From assembly GCA_021613535.1 (NCBI GenBank), contig CP075496.1, positions 7,502,001-7,566,000 on the forward strand: 64,000 nt of DNA. The letters are read 5' to 3'. Within the stretch, counting starts at the first letter, position 1. Every line of letters starts with the position of its first letter. A model generated the notes under the pieces. It made no database searches and was not told the origin of the DNA. It saw nothing but the letters and a program-made list of their open reading frames with translations. The DNA is from Adineta vaga (taxonomy: Eukaryota; Animalia; Rotifera). Both the position numbers and the translations under genes were made by a program. This document shows, piece after piece, positions 1 to 13,839 of the stretch.

Positions 1-1241
1 ACCCTTTTCAGACATACATTTTCTAACTTACACTCATTTAATCTTCTTCTTGTTCTTTTTCTTCAATTGTGACATCGTCGCACGTCGACCTCTTAACTGA
101 TAAAAGTAATTCACACAATGGTCATAACAGTAGTATATAAATATGCGATATGAATCATAATCTTGACTCTACAATAGATTACATATCAGCTTGGAAAAAA
201 TGAAATACAAGTTGAAGATTTCGGATGTAAATGATATTAAATTCTTTCATCATTATCTCATGGATAAAAGATAATGAAATAAAAGTGATGGAATATGCAA
301 CAATGTCTCTTCAAAATGTTTACTTAACGCAACACTTGATTTATTGAAAGAAAAGAAAACGTCTTGTTTTAAATAACAATTTAATAGAATTGAAATGCTT
401 ATTGATAGACAATTCAATGAAATATCATTCAGATTCGTGATTATACAATCCTGTTGCATGATAATGTCATTGCTATTGGCACAACTTTTGTAACATTGTA
501 TGATCAGAATACGGAAATACATGCAATTATCAGAATTACCAGACTTTTTCACAACATATAGATAAATGTTAATTGATTAAGAACAGATTGATGTTTTTTT
601 TTCTCTCACTTATAATTAATCAATTAGATATCTCGAAGACTAGTGGAACGTGTATTGATTTTCATTGTCAAGCTCGACTGACATGCAATTATGAACATCA
701 GATCATTTCAGATGATCCTAGGAAACAGTTAAATTATAAGAATAAGAAGATGAAGTAGAACTTTTCTTCTCTCTTTCGTCTGAAAGGTAATAGAGGGAAA
801 AAAACAATTAGTAATAGTTTAACCACAAGAGAAATTGACAAAAGAAGGGCAGATTTTTTTTCTCCTTCCTTTTTTTCCTTCTCTCTCTATTCTAGAATGA
901 ATTTTTTGTTCGTTATCGCAGTCCCGACAATGTCGCGCGATGCGATGAACAACACCCTATATCGATGCCGTCTAGAAGGCATAAAAACAAGAAAATATAT
1001 ATTGAGACACAGCTCTCATCTTCTCTTCTTTGCTACCCGTTCACGTTCTTTTCTTTTTCTGTGTTCTCTTCTTTCGTTCAGATCAAGAAATTTGATGCGT
1101 CTCTCTCTCTCTCTTTCTGTCCTATACACATACACATGGCATTATTACCCTACGACATACTGACAGCGTCTCCATTCGTTTTTTTCAATTGATCTCAACT
1201 TGGAAGCAAGTGTCGCCAAATGATGCAAATAATCGGTGGTC

Positions 1242-4200
1242 ATGAGTAATGAAAACGATTCGAAATGGTCACCCAAAATGTTAATGACATGGGCAATTTT
1301 AATTGATATTGGTGTACTTATTTGCTTGTTCATCATGCCTCTATGCAAATTAATTCAAGATATTTTTCAACTAATCTATCTCATCATTGTAAGTCGTTTT
1401 TCTCGCATATTATTTTCATTCAGATGATTTACAATAGAACGACAGAAATTATTCTTCCATTGTATTTTATGTAGCTATGAATGCAAATCGATTTATCAAT
1501 TGAGGGATTGAAAAATAAGCAAGACTTCATTTTCGAATGAGAAATGAAGTTTAAAAAAACACCAAACGAGATCGATATTGAATGATAACGAAAAAAAGAA
1601 ATCGAACAAATCTTTTCAATTGTTGTGACAGTTACGATTAACAATCAGTTTGTGTGATGTTTGATCAATGAGTATCATTATCATAGATGTGTCGTGTCTA
1701 AACAAGATTTGCGTAAAATAAATAGATTGTTAATTTTATTATCTCGAGATGTCATCAACGAAGATTTTTATGACGTAGACAGTTGTACTTAGAAGAAAAA
1801 AAAATTTTGCACATCTGTTGATAGTTGGATCGCGTAAATATTAGAATTGAAAGTTACAGCATAAGACAAGTGATTGACTTTTATGAAATATAAATGAAAT
1901 GAAATGAAGTGAAGAATATTATTCAAGATCGATTATTAAGAGAAAAGCTTGACACTGTCAGTATCCTGATTGAACTTCGAGAGTTCATTTAAGACATGAG
2001 AAAAAGTAAAAAAATGATCTCGATTATAAAATAACTCCTATGTTTTGTTGAGGGTATGGGTGAGTGACAACAAGATTCTCATGATGTGTTTAGACGCTTA
2101 TACTATTAGAATATTATATACAGATGAGAAAAATCTCTTTGTGTCTTTTTCTTCACCATCGGGTATGAATAGAACAGTGAAGGGAAATTTACTTTTGATT
2201 AGATTTTTTTTCACAATGACATCGTCAGAAAGATTCTTCATGATATATTCATCTGACAGAACCGGCTTTGACGAACAGTTTATTTATGTCGGAATATTAA
2301 AAACAATGAAAGACATTGATACAGAGTATATAATCTGAACATTGAACCGAATATAAACCTATATAAATACGCATGGATGCTATTAAAACATTTTGAGGTG
2401 TTTGTCATCTATCAATTGAATAAATGCAATGAACATGCACATAAACAAAAGAACAAGCGAGTCATTATGAGAACTAGTCATGGAATTCAATATACATTCT
2501 GTTCATTTTTTTTTCGTCTATGACACGTCTCGTATTTCTTTTTCTTTTCTATTTTCAAATGTCAGAGAGATGTTTAGTCATTATGCGAAACATTGTATTT
2601 ATATATTTGATCGATTAGTCTGTCTGACATTGTAACTAGTAAGAGTAACAGAGAGAACATTTTCGGAGAAGAATTAAAAGCATAGCAGGAGGTACACGCG
2701 AATTCTTCGGAATGTAATGGACGAATTAACTTCTGATATGTTTTGTTGAATAGTTGACATAGGTGTCTGCGTCTTTTTCTTTCTTTTTTTTTATTCATTT
2801 TCTTTTATGTTCGCTCACTTTTTCCTTTTTTCCTTCTTCTCCTTCTTCTTCTTCTTCTTCTTCTTTTTTGAGGTAAAACGAACGCGATAGTCTTAATTGA
2901 AGTAGAAAAAGAAAGAGAAAGGAAAAAACGAGAGATTTTATTTATTCAAGCAACTATTGGCGAACACATACTACTTCAATCTTGCTATGGGCTAACTTCA
3001 GTTGTTGACTTGAGCACCCTGAGGAAAGCAACGATTCTACGTAATAATACAATAAAGAGAATTGAAAGCAAGGTAGAGAAAATGTGTCACATTCTGAGAT
3101 AATATCATTGTATTTCCTTGATGCGTTCTTTTGTCTACAAAAATCTTTTCTCATTTCTAGGTCAGCTGGTTTCACAGTATGAGTTCAATATTTCGTCGTT
3201 GGAAGAATCGTTTACGATGTTCAAATAAACGACAAATCCAACATAGTCGTTCGTCGATTTTCAATGATAATGAAGTAACTATTCCATGTTCTTTTGGGAA
3301 AATAATCTTCAATTTCTTTTTTACCAGGTAAAAGTGATGACTGTGACAATAGATAGATTAACCAATGAAAATCGTATTTTAAAAGAACGTTTCGATAAAC
3401 TTGACGAAAAGGTAATTTATTATTATTGTTATTATTATTTTTATGAAAAACAAATCGATTGTGTTCTATCTGGTATATTTTTGTTGTTATTTTTCTTTCG
3501 TATTTTTTTAAGTGTCAACGATGGATTGGTGATGAACAAATCTATTTACTAAAACGTATCGAACAATTAGAAAATGAAAATCGTCAATTGCATGTTAACT
3601 ATCAAAACTATCAAATAAAAAGTGAAAAATGTCTTCAATCAGTTACTGATCTAATTATAAAACTTCTCTTCACTCAAGAGGTAAGATATAAATGAACAAA
3701 CAAAATTAAATTAAAGAAAGTGACGAAAAAAGCTTTTTTTTCGCCTCTTCCCTTGAGAAATTATAAGTTCTTTTTTATGTTAAAGAAGACAAACGAGTGT
3801 GAAGTCGACCTTTGTAGATAAAGTTTAAAAAGAAGAAATAATTCTCTACATATTTATCAAATACACAGTTAATGAACTTGAATTATTGTTTATTGAAATA
3901 GAGAAGAGGAGGAGACATGTACTATTGCCATTTTGTTTTTGGTAATATTAATCATTTAGTTTTATTTCAATGTTTACAAGTACAATTCAAAGTTTAAATA
4001 AACAATTGTCTTAAAAGAAAAACTGTCATTAAAAAACATCTTAACCATACTTTGCATATTTCATTTGAAATTCGTCTTTTCAAATGTTTTTCTCGCATTG
4101 AATTCTAAGTTCATTTTGCGTTTTAGTTAAAAGCTATAAAACGAAAAAGGACATGATGAGTCTTTTCAATTCAGGGTAGACTAAATAGTTGAAGTTTATA

Positions 4201-6600
4201 AATACAATAAACTGAGAAAAGAAAACTGTTCAATTTGATTTAATAAATCTTCAAATAGTTTTTTACGAATTCGTGTCCTTCGACCTTTTCATACAGAATT
4301 TGTCATTGGATTGATGCCTTCATTCATGTTTATGTAAATGTAAGTATTCTTCTTCATCATCGTCGTCTACTTTTCTCTTCTTAACCTATAGAAAAAAATA
4401 TCTTACGATCCTTATCAAAAAAATTCCTTTTTTTGATTTAATTGACGTGTGTCTGTTACTTTACCGGTAGTTTGAACTCAATGAGCATAAGTGTGCTCTC
4501 ATCTCTCCCCTCCTCTCTCTCTCTCTCACTCTCAAATATCTACAGCTGCTATCATTCATTTTTCTTTCTTATATATATGTATATATTCTATCTCCTTCTC
4601 TGATTGCATTCTCCGTTTCAAAGCTATTACGATTGCGAAACATGTGCATGAAATGCTGTACTATTTAGGCTTCTTGCATGCTTTTTTCCCCTTGTGATTG
4701 TCTTTAAAAAAATATGCTTTTGTAAATTTAACGACTGTTGATAGGATATGATGAATGCATCAGACGTATGTGTTTTTAAGTCTCCTAAAATTACGAATGA
4801 ATATATATATATATATATATGGCTGCTGAAAGAAAGTAGAAATCAAATTTTTTTTGTTCTTCTTTTCTTCGTCTCTTTTCTTTCGAAACAGTAAAAGTTT
4901 TGACAACATTTTGTTTGTTAAGAAGTAAATAAAAGCTCAAGTACCATTTTCTTCTCTCGTCTTCTTTTTTACTTTTAAATATTCTGTCAAAATAAACGAA
5001 AGCCTCAATAATTATCATAGATAAATAAGAGAAGTCGCAGAAAGAAAATGACGAGACACAAAAAATGGTGGTTTCAAAACTTGTTTGGTCAATGTGTTGC
5101 ACCTTGTAATGATCATGCATCTACTCAGGTGAACAATTATGATACTAAGATTTGATAGATCAATATAGAAGACTTCTTTTGTCTTGTTATTTATGTTAAT
5201 AATATTGTTTGTATTTGCAGGAACTGAGAAAACAATGTAGTGATATACATAATGCATTCGATACAGTCCAGTTAAGAGAGAAAATACAGCAAGTAAGAAC
5301 AATATTTACTTTATCTAAACCACATGTGAATATTACCGTTTATTTTTCCCTTAAGAATAAATCAATTTCCCGAAATGCACGCAGTATTTCATGTCAATTT
5401 GCCTCCAATTCTTCGGTATTCAAACAATAGATTGTCATAAATAAATCTGATTTCTTTTTGTTCTAATTCAATTTTCTAGAATCATCCTCATCGTCATACT
5501 ACAAATGATCAATCTTCATGGCTTCATCAACAACTGATGATTGTGGAAAAGAATGATCTGAAGAGCACACCAAATCAGCCAACGGGTATGAAATAACATC
5601 AGATGATTATGATGCAATTTATTTCTATCTCATTCATGCATAGAGATACAGATATAATTAGATTTTCTAGAATATACGAAAGGATATGAGTGAAAAAAGA
5701 ATACAAGCTTCGATGACTTTTTATAAAGACTAGAGAGAAAGAGGAAGAAGTAGACTTATGCTAACGGGCAAGGAAACGGACATGAATGAATGCCGCAAAG
5801 AAAACAGTAATAGAGAGAGAAAATAGTGCAGTTATTAGTTGATTAAATCTCGATTGAGCAAAATATTTCGACATATCTTCAGAACGAGGTAGGACAACAT
5901 TCTCTTAAGTGTTATTTTATTTTATCGACAAAAAAAAATAGAAAACATCAATGAAGGTTAAAAAACAACAAGTTTCTCTCTTCAATAAATAATAATCAAG
6001 AATTTGTTTCTTTATCTTAACCGTAAAAAATATTATTTAAATATAAGTATAAATAGCTGCAGACACTCATTTGAATAAAGTTTATTTTATTTCACCTTTT
6101 ACTCGGAAGAATACCTGTAGGAAAAAAAACTGAATCGGAAATTAGTTTAGAATTCAATAAAGCACGTCATTTCCAATCATAGATATTATTGTTAAAAGAA
6201 ACTTACATTAAATTATTTCTATTGGCATAGCAGAATAAGACAAAAGTGGGAATTTTATCTATTGAAATGGAAACAATAAGTCATGTTATAGGAAGTATTC
6301 ATCGATTTCTATTGACTATAGTAATAAGTTTTTCAACTAGTTAAAATTCAATGAAATTTAATATATACATAGAAAAAAGACAAAGAAGGTGATGCCATAC
6401 TAATGTATCGATTTTCATAGTCGTTACGTATAGAATGTATGTCGTGACACGACATCACGACAATATATGTCTCAGAATTGGGCGGTACTTGTTCATATAA
6501 CAAATATTCGTAAGATCGAGCAAGTCAGTCATGATTATGCATCAATAATGTATTGATAAAGTGCAGAAACGAAGAAAGAAGAAAGGAGACATTCATGTAC

Positions 6601-6633
<33 letters not shown>

Positions 6634-9600
6634 TAGATACTCACGTACTAAGAGATTTAAGCTTTTATTCATTTTAATTAATAACCCCGCCCGTTTGTGT
6701 GTCCTCTCTTAACATTACTGTCATAACCGTTTGAAACAAAAAAGAAAGAAAGAAAAAGAAAAGCTCTTTCTCTTTGTTGTCGTCGTCGTCATTTTTTATT
6801 CTCTCTACTTGACTCTGATGGCCATTATTCATACATGTACTGTTTATCTTTCGTGTTCACTGACTCTTCTCTTCTCTCATCATCATCATCATCATCTGTT
6901 TGTCGCCCAACAACAGAAAACAAACCATCTATTCGGGACATTGTCCGAAATGGGATAAATCAAGATTAAGATCAAGCGTATTATCTTTCTTATCATTCGT
7001 TTACAATCGGATTTCTTTTCGCGTCAAAAAAAAATCAAATTCATTTGTGTATCTTTAAACAAGAAAAAACAAACTATCAAACATGGTTTTATTAGATACG
7101 GATGTACATGATGATGATGATGATGATTCTACTCAATATTATTATGGTGAATGCGATAGTTTATTAGCGAATTGTTGTAGTAAGACACGTTTACCATCAC
7201 CATTCAAATTTCGTACGATGAATAGTCAACGAAGACAATTGGCCTTCGAAATGCTTAGACAAATGAAAACACAGCATCATCAAACAGGAGTTTTAACAGG
7301 CAAATCCAACAGACATAGAAATAAAAGACGTTTTTATAGAAAACTTTGTTGTACTGGTAAGACAATAGGTTTAAATTCGAACAAATTCCATTCTTCTTTT
7401 GCAATATCTCAATAACAATCATACTAATTGCTGTTTTCTTTTTTCGTTATTGATAGAATTACATATTAGTGAAAGTCAATCAAGTGTTTATTCACCAACT
7501 AAATCAGTTAACAAGTACAAATCTCGTCTTTCTTCAACTGGTCTTACCAATGAACTTTACTTTGCAGCGCATAAACTTGATGGTGATTATGAAAAAACTC
7601 CACCAGTCATACTACGTAACAAACGTCGTTCTCCGCATATGAATGGTACGCCTCTTGAAGGTACACCAGTCATATCTAATAATCGTCGCCCAATATCTTC
7701 ACCCGTACGTTCGACAACATATGTTCTTCAACAACATCAAAGAATCAATAATACTAATAATAATCATTCGCAAACGAACGGTACAAGTAAAAAGCATCTA
7801 TCACCTGTAACTCAACCCCTTCAATCAACACCGGTGGTATTAAATAAAACTCGACAAATACAACAACAACGTACATATTCGAATCATGAAAGGTCACCAT
7901 CAACAGTCAATGCATCGCCGACAAGTCAACAATTTACTTCTCGTGCACAAATTACATTGACATCACAACGTACAACACCTATCGTTAAAAGTACACCGAC
8001 AAAGACAACAACATATACATCAAGGTCTCCTCGAGTAAGTAGAAGAGAATCAAATAATTATTAAAAAAAATTCATATGTCATTTCTGCTTGATCATGTAG
8101 ATACCACATACTCCGCCTATTCGTCCTTGTCGTCCGACAGTACCAAATCCTACAGTACCCAGTCAACAACGTTCACCTAATATTCAACTTCGATCTCGAA
8201 ATTTAATATCCACAACTCAACGAACAATTTCTTCATCTCCAACTACACCCCATAAAGTTATTCGACCTCATCATATACCATCAAAATCACCTGAACAATT
8301 ACAATCTGTCACTGGTACATTGACACGTTCTCGACCAGTACATGCAGTTGTAAATAAATCAAAAATGGTCTCGACAAATAATCCTACTAAAATCCGAACA
8401 CCTACAGTCGTTGTTCAACCAACATCAACGACACCTCGTGTTTCGGATCTTGATGAATTAATGGCAGAGAAACAAAACAATAAACTATCACCTAAACATA
8501 TTGAAAAACAATCAACAGTTATAACACCATCACCAATTGCTGATAATATTTGTCGTTCATTATTTTCTACCAATTCTGTCAAAGTTGTTCGACCTGTTCG
8601 TAGTCAAGAATTGAAAACATTCTCATGTCATTTAACTACGTCAGCAACGGTGACAACAACATCAAATGAAAAACAATCATTATATATTAATGAAACAGCT
8701 TCGACAATAACACCTGCAGTATTAGAACAAAAGCCTGATAATTTATTACAGGCAAATCATAATCTGGACAAGAATGATGATTCTTCATCGAATGCATCTG
8801 GAATTTTACGTGATCTTTCTGAAGATAGTCTCAATGAACATTATCATATAAAACAACTATTAAAAAGCAGTAAGTCATCATATGTATTGAAATTATTCTG
8901 TCATTTAAGGGTTGAAATAACGATAGTTTTTTTAGTTTACTACGAATTAATTATAAAATTATTCTTTAGATGTATCCATCACTGCTATGAAACATGATAG
9001 TACAGCAAATAATTCATCGAATGATGATATTCAAATTTCATCAGGTGTAACATCATGGTCTCGTATTCGATCATCATGTGAAAGCAATCTATCGCATATT
9101 CTACCATTGAAAAGTGATACGTCTGCAAGTCCAGCGTTTTATAATGGTCCTGTTCGACAAGAAGATATACAAATGGCAAGTGATGGACGATATTTTCTCC
9201 TGATTGATGATAATATAAGCAGTGATGAAAGTGAACTAAGTACCAAATCATTATCATCATCATCTCTGTCACTACCACGATCTCTTTCACCATCACCACT
9301 ACCGCCACCCGTCACAACATCCATACCCATACCAGTTACAACCGACCGAAAATCTGCTATACATCGTTTAGTTTTTCCTGAACGTCTTGGTCGAATCATA
9401 TTTTATCGACGAACATTATCTGATTCTGATATTTATCAAAAACTTTGCTCAAAAGATAATGAAATTAATCATAATGTATATCATTTAGATACAATACGAG
9501 ATTATGCAATGGAATTTTATATGTTAACAACATATGGTTCTGATTCACAATTACGTGCTTGGTTTGATAATCGTTATGATGATACAGGGAATAATACATG

Positions 9601-10398
9601 TTATTTTGATGATAATCGATTTCAATCGTATGATGATGATGATGACGATGATGATGACGACGAAGAAGATAATCATTCAAAAAAACATCGAATAAAAATA
9701 ATTCATAGTAATGATAGTATCATACCAGAAGAAGATCTAAATCATTTACAAGTTGAAGAGGAACTTGACTGGTATTCTGAACTTGAATCCTTTAATCTAT
9801 CACCAAATAATCAACAGGTAACTTAGTTTCGCGACTCTGATACATAATAATAAACAATTTCTTTTAAAAATCTCTAGTGGAAACATGAAAATTTATCTAG
9901 TTGTTCAAGTGATGATCATGTTGAAGAATTATTACGTGCTGAACAGGTAAAATCATTTGATCAATTCCTTATCTTTAAATTAATAATGGATATTCTTTTT
10001 TTCGTTTACAGTTTTCTGTATCGAGTTTAACAACGACAACTTCAGCTGAGTCTTCCTGTTCTGCTGATCTCATTTCTGCTTCATGGCCATTGGCAAATGG
10101 TATCCATTATCCAGTTCATTCCAGTCGTTCGTCTCAATCACTAAGTTCTCGTCCATCATCAAAACATACTGATCCAAGTAATATAATCTTAAAAGAAATT
10201 CTCACATATCCATGGACAAATGAAATATTAGATGCAACGATCAGTTCTCATGAAAATGGACATGATCAGATCGAAAATGGCATTTCAACAGCATCCGTTG
10301 TCTCTGATGAATTTCAACCTGATTTTTATTATCTTTGCCCATTGAAAAATACCACAAGTTTTCCTAAAAACGATGAAAAATTCAACGGTATTCATTAA
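1242..10398 (+). CDS. Multi-exon NCKAP5/NCKAP5L-like coiled-coil protein with long S/T/P-rich disordered region (long isoform)
   Basis: Hand-spliced exons ~1242-1388, 3161-3274, 3328-3411, 3513-3680, 5221-5292, 5480-5585, 7457-8034, 8101-8869, 8970-9817, 9878-9946, 10012-10398 join in frame at GT-AG. LLKRIEQLENENRQLHVNYQNYQIKSEKCLQSVTDLIIKLLFTQEELRKQC resembles the NCKAP5/5L N-terminal coiled coil (recalled, not searched). Confidence 0.6.
6601..6624. repeat. (AT)n microsatellite
   Basis: Read directly; intronic. Confidence 0.9.
7083..7356 (+). CDS. Alternative first coding exon of the NCKAP5-like gene
   Basis: ATG at 7083, open to donor ACTG|GTAAG at 7357. The donor has the same phase (1) as the upstream exon ending ~5585, so both can splice to the acceptor before 7457. 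Confidence 0.6.
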
Positions 10399-10582
10399 CA
10401 ATTATCTCATTTTCTTTTTCTGTCTTTGCTTAAAACTTTTGTTTTTCAAATTGCTGCTCAAGGCCAGATACTGTTATATATATTTTTGTTGTTCTTGTTT
10501 TCTGTTTTTTTTTCTTCCCTGTTATCATATTAGAGATACAATGAGAGAAAAAAAATAACCGAGAGAAGCTTATTCAACATGT

Positions 10583-11445
10583 TCATGCATTGTCACTAAG
10601 TAATTGAACAAGTAAATCTAAAATAAACAGACATGTATAGGAATAAATATTAACAAAGAAAAGTCTCTTACAATCGATATCAATCTTCTTCTGATCTTTA
10701 TTTAAACCTAATCGTATCAATTCATCAAGTTCTTTTTTCATTAATGGTTCACCAAGAGTACTCATAGCTTTACGAAAGTATTCGATGTCAATGGAACCTT
10801 CATGATTAAAATCAAATCTTTGCAATGCTTGACGAAGACCTTCGTAATCATTATTAATTAGAGTCCATGGTTCATCAAGAATTTGTAAAACATCGTCAAG
10901 TGTTAATTCAAATTTGCCTTAGAAAAAAGAAGAAGAAGAAATTCAAAATAATTATATTCACATCTTAAGAACTAACAATATTCTAAATGAAAAACATCAT
11001 ATGATAGTGAAGTAATATAGTGAAGTGATAACTCCTAAGAAAATTAAAATACTAACAGAAAAAAAATTTCTCCTTGTTTAGTAACTATGAAAAAAAAGAT
11101 TCAGTTTTTTTCTCCATTAGATTATCTTACCAATTTCTTCAAGTTCCTCAATTCTTTCTTTTGCATCTTTCATTGATGGATTACGACCAAATGCTTGTAT
11201 GACTTCAGTTAAACGACTTACACGAATACAATCAGCATATGGATCATCTTTAAATTTGGAAAAAATCTCAACTAGAAAGATCAAATCTTTTCAATGAATG
11301 CTTTTACTAAGCAAATACTGATTTCTTCTTACGCATCTGTTGATCCATGTTTTCATGACCATAATCATCATCGTATGATGATCTATTTTCTTTTGCCTAA
11401 AATTCGATGTTATCCTCGATCTTTTCTCAATATATGACTTACCAT
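10583..11445 (-). CDS. Calmodulin/myosin-light-chain-like EF-hand protein
   Basis: 5 exons: M|AKENRSS...|EIFSKFKDDPYADCIRVSRLTEVIQAFGRNPS...|...ALQRFDFNHEGSIDIEYFRKAMSTLGEPLMKKELDELI. GRNPS and LGEPL are calmodulin-family linker motifs. Confidence 0.8.
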
Positions 11446-11646
11446 TGACTTTGAAATCGATAAAAATATATATAAGTTACACACTTCCTTCGTTACTACC
11501 AACTCAAATGTAATTTAGATATTTGTTTCCTCCCTTGGACGTTAACCACTTGTGAAAAGCATTATTTTTTCTTTCTATTCTTTCTCTCTCGCTCTCTCTC
11601 TACATTTTCCAAGCATTAAACTATATAAAAAAGTTTTTTTTTTCTA

Positions 11647-12713
11647 TTAAAGTTCAAGTTTTTCCAAAATTCTTTGTTCTGGTATTGGTGTATTACAATT
11701 TCCATGGTATAAACTAATCTTTTGATCATTATTGCAATTGAAATACGTTTCCCATACATCGTCATAACCTTTTCCTTTCCACCAAGTACACACTTGTCGA
11801 TTCCAATAACATGGAAGAATAAAAAATATATCACGATGTTCAAAACTTAATAAGGTATAAAAATCTTGATCACCTAAATGTGGATGATGAAAATGATATC
11901 GATGAATTAAATGTTGAATTAATGAGGCATTTTCTAAATAACTATTGAATAAAATTGATTGACGAATTTTTGATAAATCAAGTAAAAGAACACCACTATT
12001 GAAACCTGTTGTACCATCTGGTGGTGGATTGCCAATTTGTGTATGTGGATTTTCTTGACGATATGACCAAAGAAGATGACGATAGACAGGTTGATTTTCT
12101 CGAGCAATACCTAAATAGTGCGATGAAAAACCATGTTGAAACTTTTATTTTGGATTCATAGTTAGTTATTACCTATGATTTGACTTTGATTAAATTGATC
12201 GAATAATTTATATAAATGTTGAATATCATCATCGAATCGAAGATCGATATCGAGCATGATTACACGAGTTATATTTTCGGGTAAAATCCGATGTAGAAAT
12301 GGTGAGAGAAAGAACAATGGATCTTTATAATAAGTATGACTTGATGAAAAATGATGAATTAATGGCGAAATCAAATGTTGATATGTTGTTGTCAGATCAT
12401 CAATATTTAATTTGTCAATCTGTAAGACAAAAATAAAAATAAAACAATGAAAAGTTCATAAGATTACTTGTTGATTGTACTGAAGTGTAGAAAGAGTTTG
12501 TTCAACAAAATGATGACTATCGATATCACCGATAACATGTAGATGTAGATTTTCTGTTGATGTATGTTGAAATAAAGACGTGATCATAGTAATAAAATTG
12601 ATTTTCAAATGATCATTGGTAGAAAGATTTTTTACAGTAAAGATAACATCAATAACAGATGATGACTGAACATAGAGAAAGAATGAAAGAAAAACGATTT
12701 GTTTTAACATCAT
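11647..12713 (-). CDS. XXYLT1: Xyloside xylosyltransferase 1 (GT8 family)
   Basis: N-terminal signal/anchor; IMLDIDL (DxD), ARENQPVYRH, GFNSGVLLLDL, HLGDQDFYTLL, LPCYWNRQVCTWW and YHGNCNTPIP motifs across 3 exons. Confidence 0.88.
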
Positions 12714-13117
12714 GAATAAATCTAGAAGAAGTAGTTTTGTCAATGCAATGTATGACTATATGTTGTTGAAAAGATTACAATCTAATTCATGGTAATATGA
12801 ATCGGAACACTTTTTTCTTCTCTCTCTCTCTTTCTTTCTCTCGGATAATGACTGTCATTATTTACATATAATCTTGTAAATATTGATTGTTATTCTTTGT
12901 CTATAGACAAGTTAATGATGAAAATGTAATCGATTCTCATTGATTGAGAATGAATGAAAAGATCTTATTACTTACAAATGCCAAAAAGACATTACTTTGA
13001 CTAATCAATTAGTCGAATATTAATAAACTTAAAATTATAAAATGTCTTACATATCATATTTTAATTCTAATACATTCACTTTTCAATAGATTTACATGAA
13101 TAACAATGAGAACAATC

Positions 13118-13693
13118 TTATACAGAAAATGAAAGAATAATATAATCTACATCTGCATCATTTGAATCGGTACTATCAATTTGAAATCGACATTTTTCTA
13201 TATAAAAATCAATTGCTTTCTGATTCATTTTCTGAACTGTTAATACAATTTTTAACATTTGTGTTTTTCGACAAAGTATCTTCATTTGTTCCATAATCCA
13301 TTGTCCAAGACCTTGTCCTTGATAGTTCATATTTACTTGTAATTCATATAAATATAGAACATGTCGACCGTAATCCATATCAAAACGAAAATGTGCATAA
13401 GCAATGATATGACTTGATGATAAAATAAGTAAATATCGTGATTGATCAGAAAATAATTCTTGATATTTATCATTTCGATTATATCCATCTTTAGATTGTT
13501 CATATAAAGTTTTCATATTCAATTCGAATAGATCCATAATTTGTTGTTGAAAACTATTCGATAGTTGTGAAGCATAAGAGATTTCAAATGTATAATTTAT
13601 TGATGGATTTACATTTGAATTAAGCAGAAAATGATGAAGTTCATTTGCAGAAAGATTCTTGGCTTGATTAACTAATTTTCGATTTTTTTTCAT
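13118..13693 (-). CDS. NAA40: N-alpha-acetyltransferase 40 (NatD, histone H4/H2A N-terminal acetyltransferase)
   Basis: Intronless; NMKTLYEQS, AYAHFRFDMDYG, VLYLYELQV, YQGQGLG (GNAT acetyl-CoA motif), KIVLTVQKMNQKAIDFY. Confidence 0.88.
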   Translation of the reverse strand: MKKNRKLVNQAKNLSANELHHFLLNSNVNPSINYTFEISYASQLSNSFQQQIMDLFELNMKTLYEQSKDGYNRNDKYQELFSDQSRYLLILSSSHIIAYAHFRFDMDYGRHVLYLYELQVNMNYQGQGLGQWIMEQMKILCRKTQMLKIVLTVQKMNQKAIDFYIEKCRFQIDSTDSNDADVDYIILSFSV

Positions 13694-13804
13694 ATTCTTT
13701 ATTTTCTTGAAACAAAACAAAAATAAACTAATACATTGTAGATATCCTATAGTATTCCTATTTGTTTTCGTTTGCTTTTATTTCGAAAATTATATCAAAA
13801 CATT

Positions 13805-13822
13805 CACACACACACACACACA
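13805..13822. repeat. (CA)n microsatellite in the 3' UTR of the cold-shock gene
   Basis: Read directly. Confidence 0.85.
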
Positions 13823-13839
13823 TGCATGCATAATTGGTT

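Noticed and set aside
200-560. Coding-like fragments with stops; similar stretch at 35160-35850
   Set aside because: Frames are interrupted and no motif was identified.
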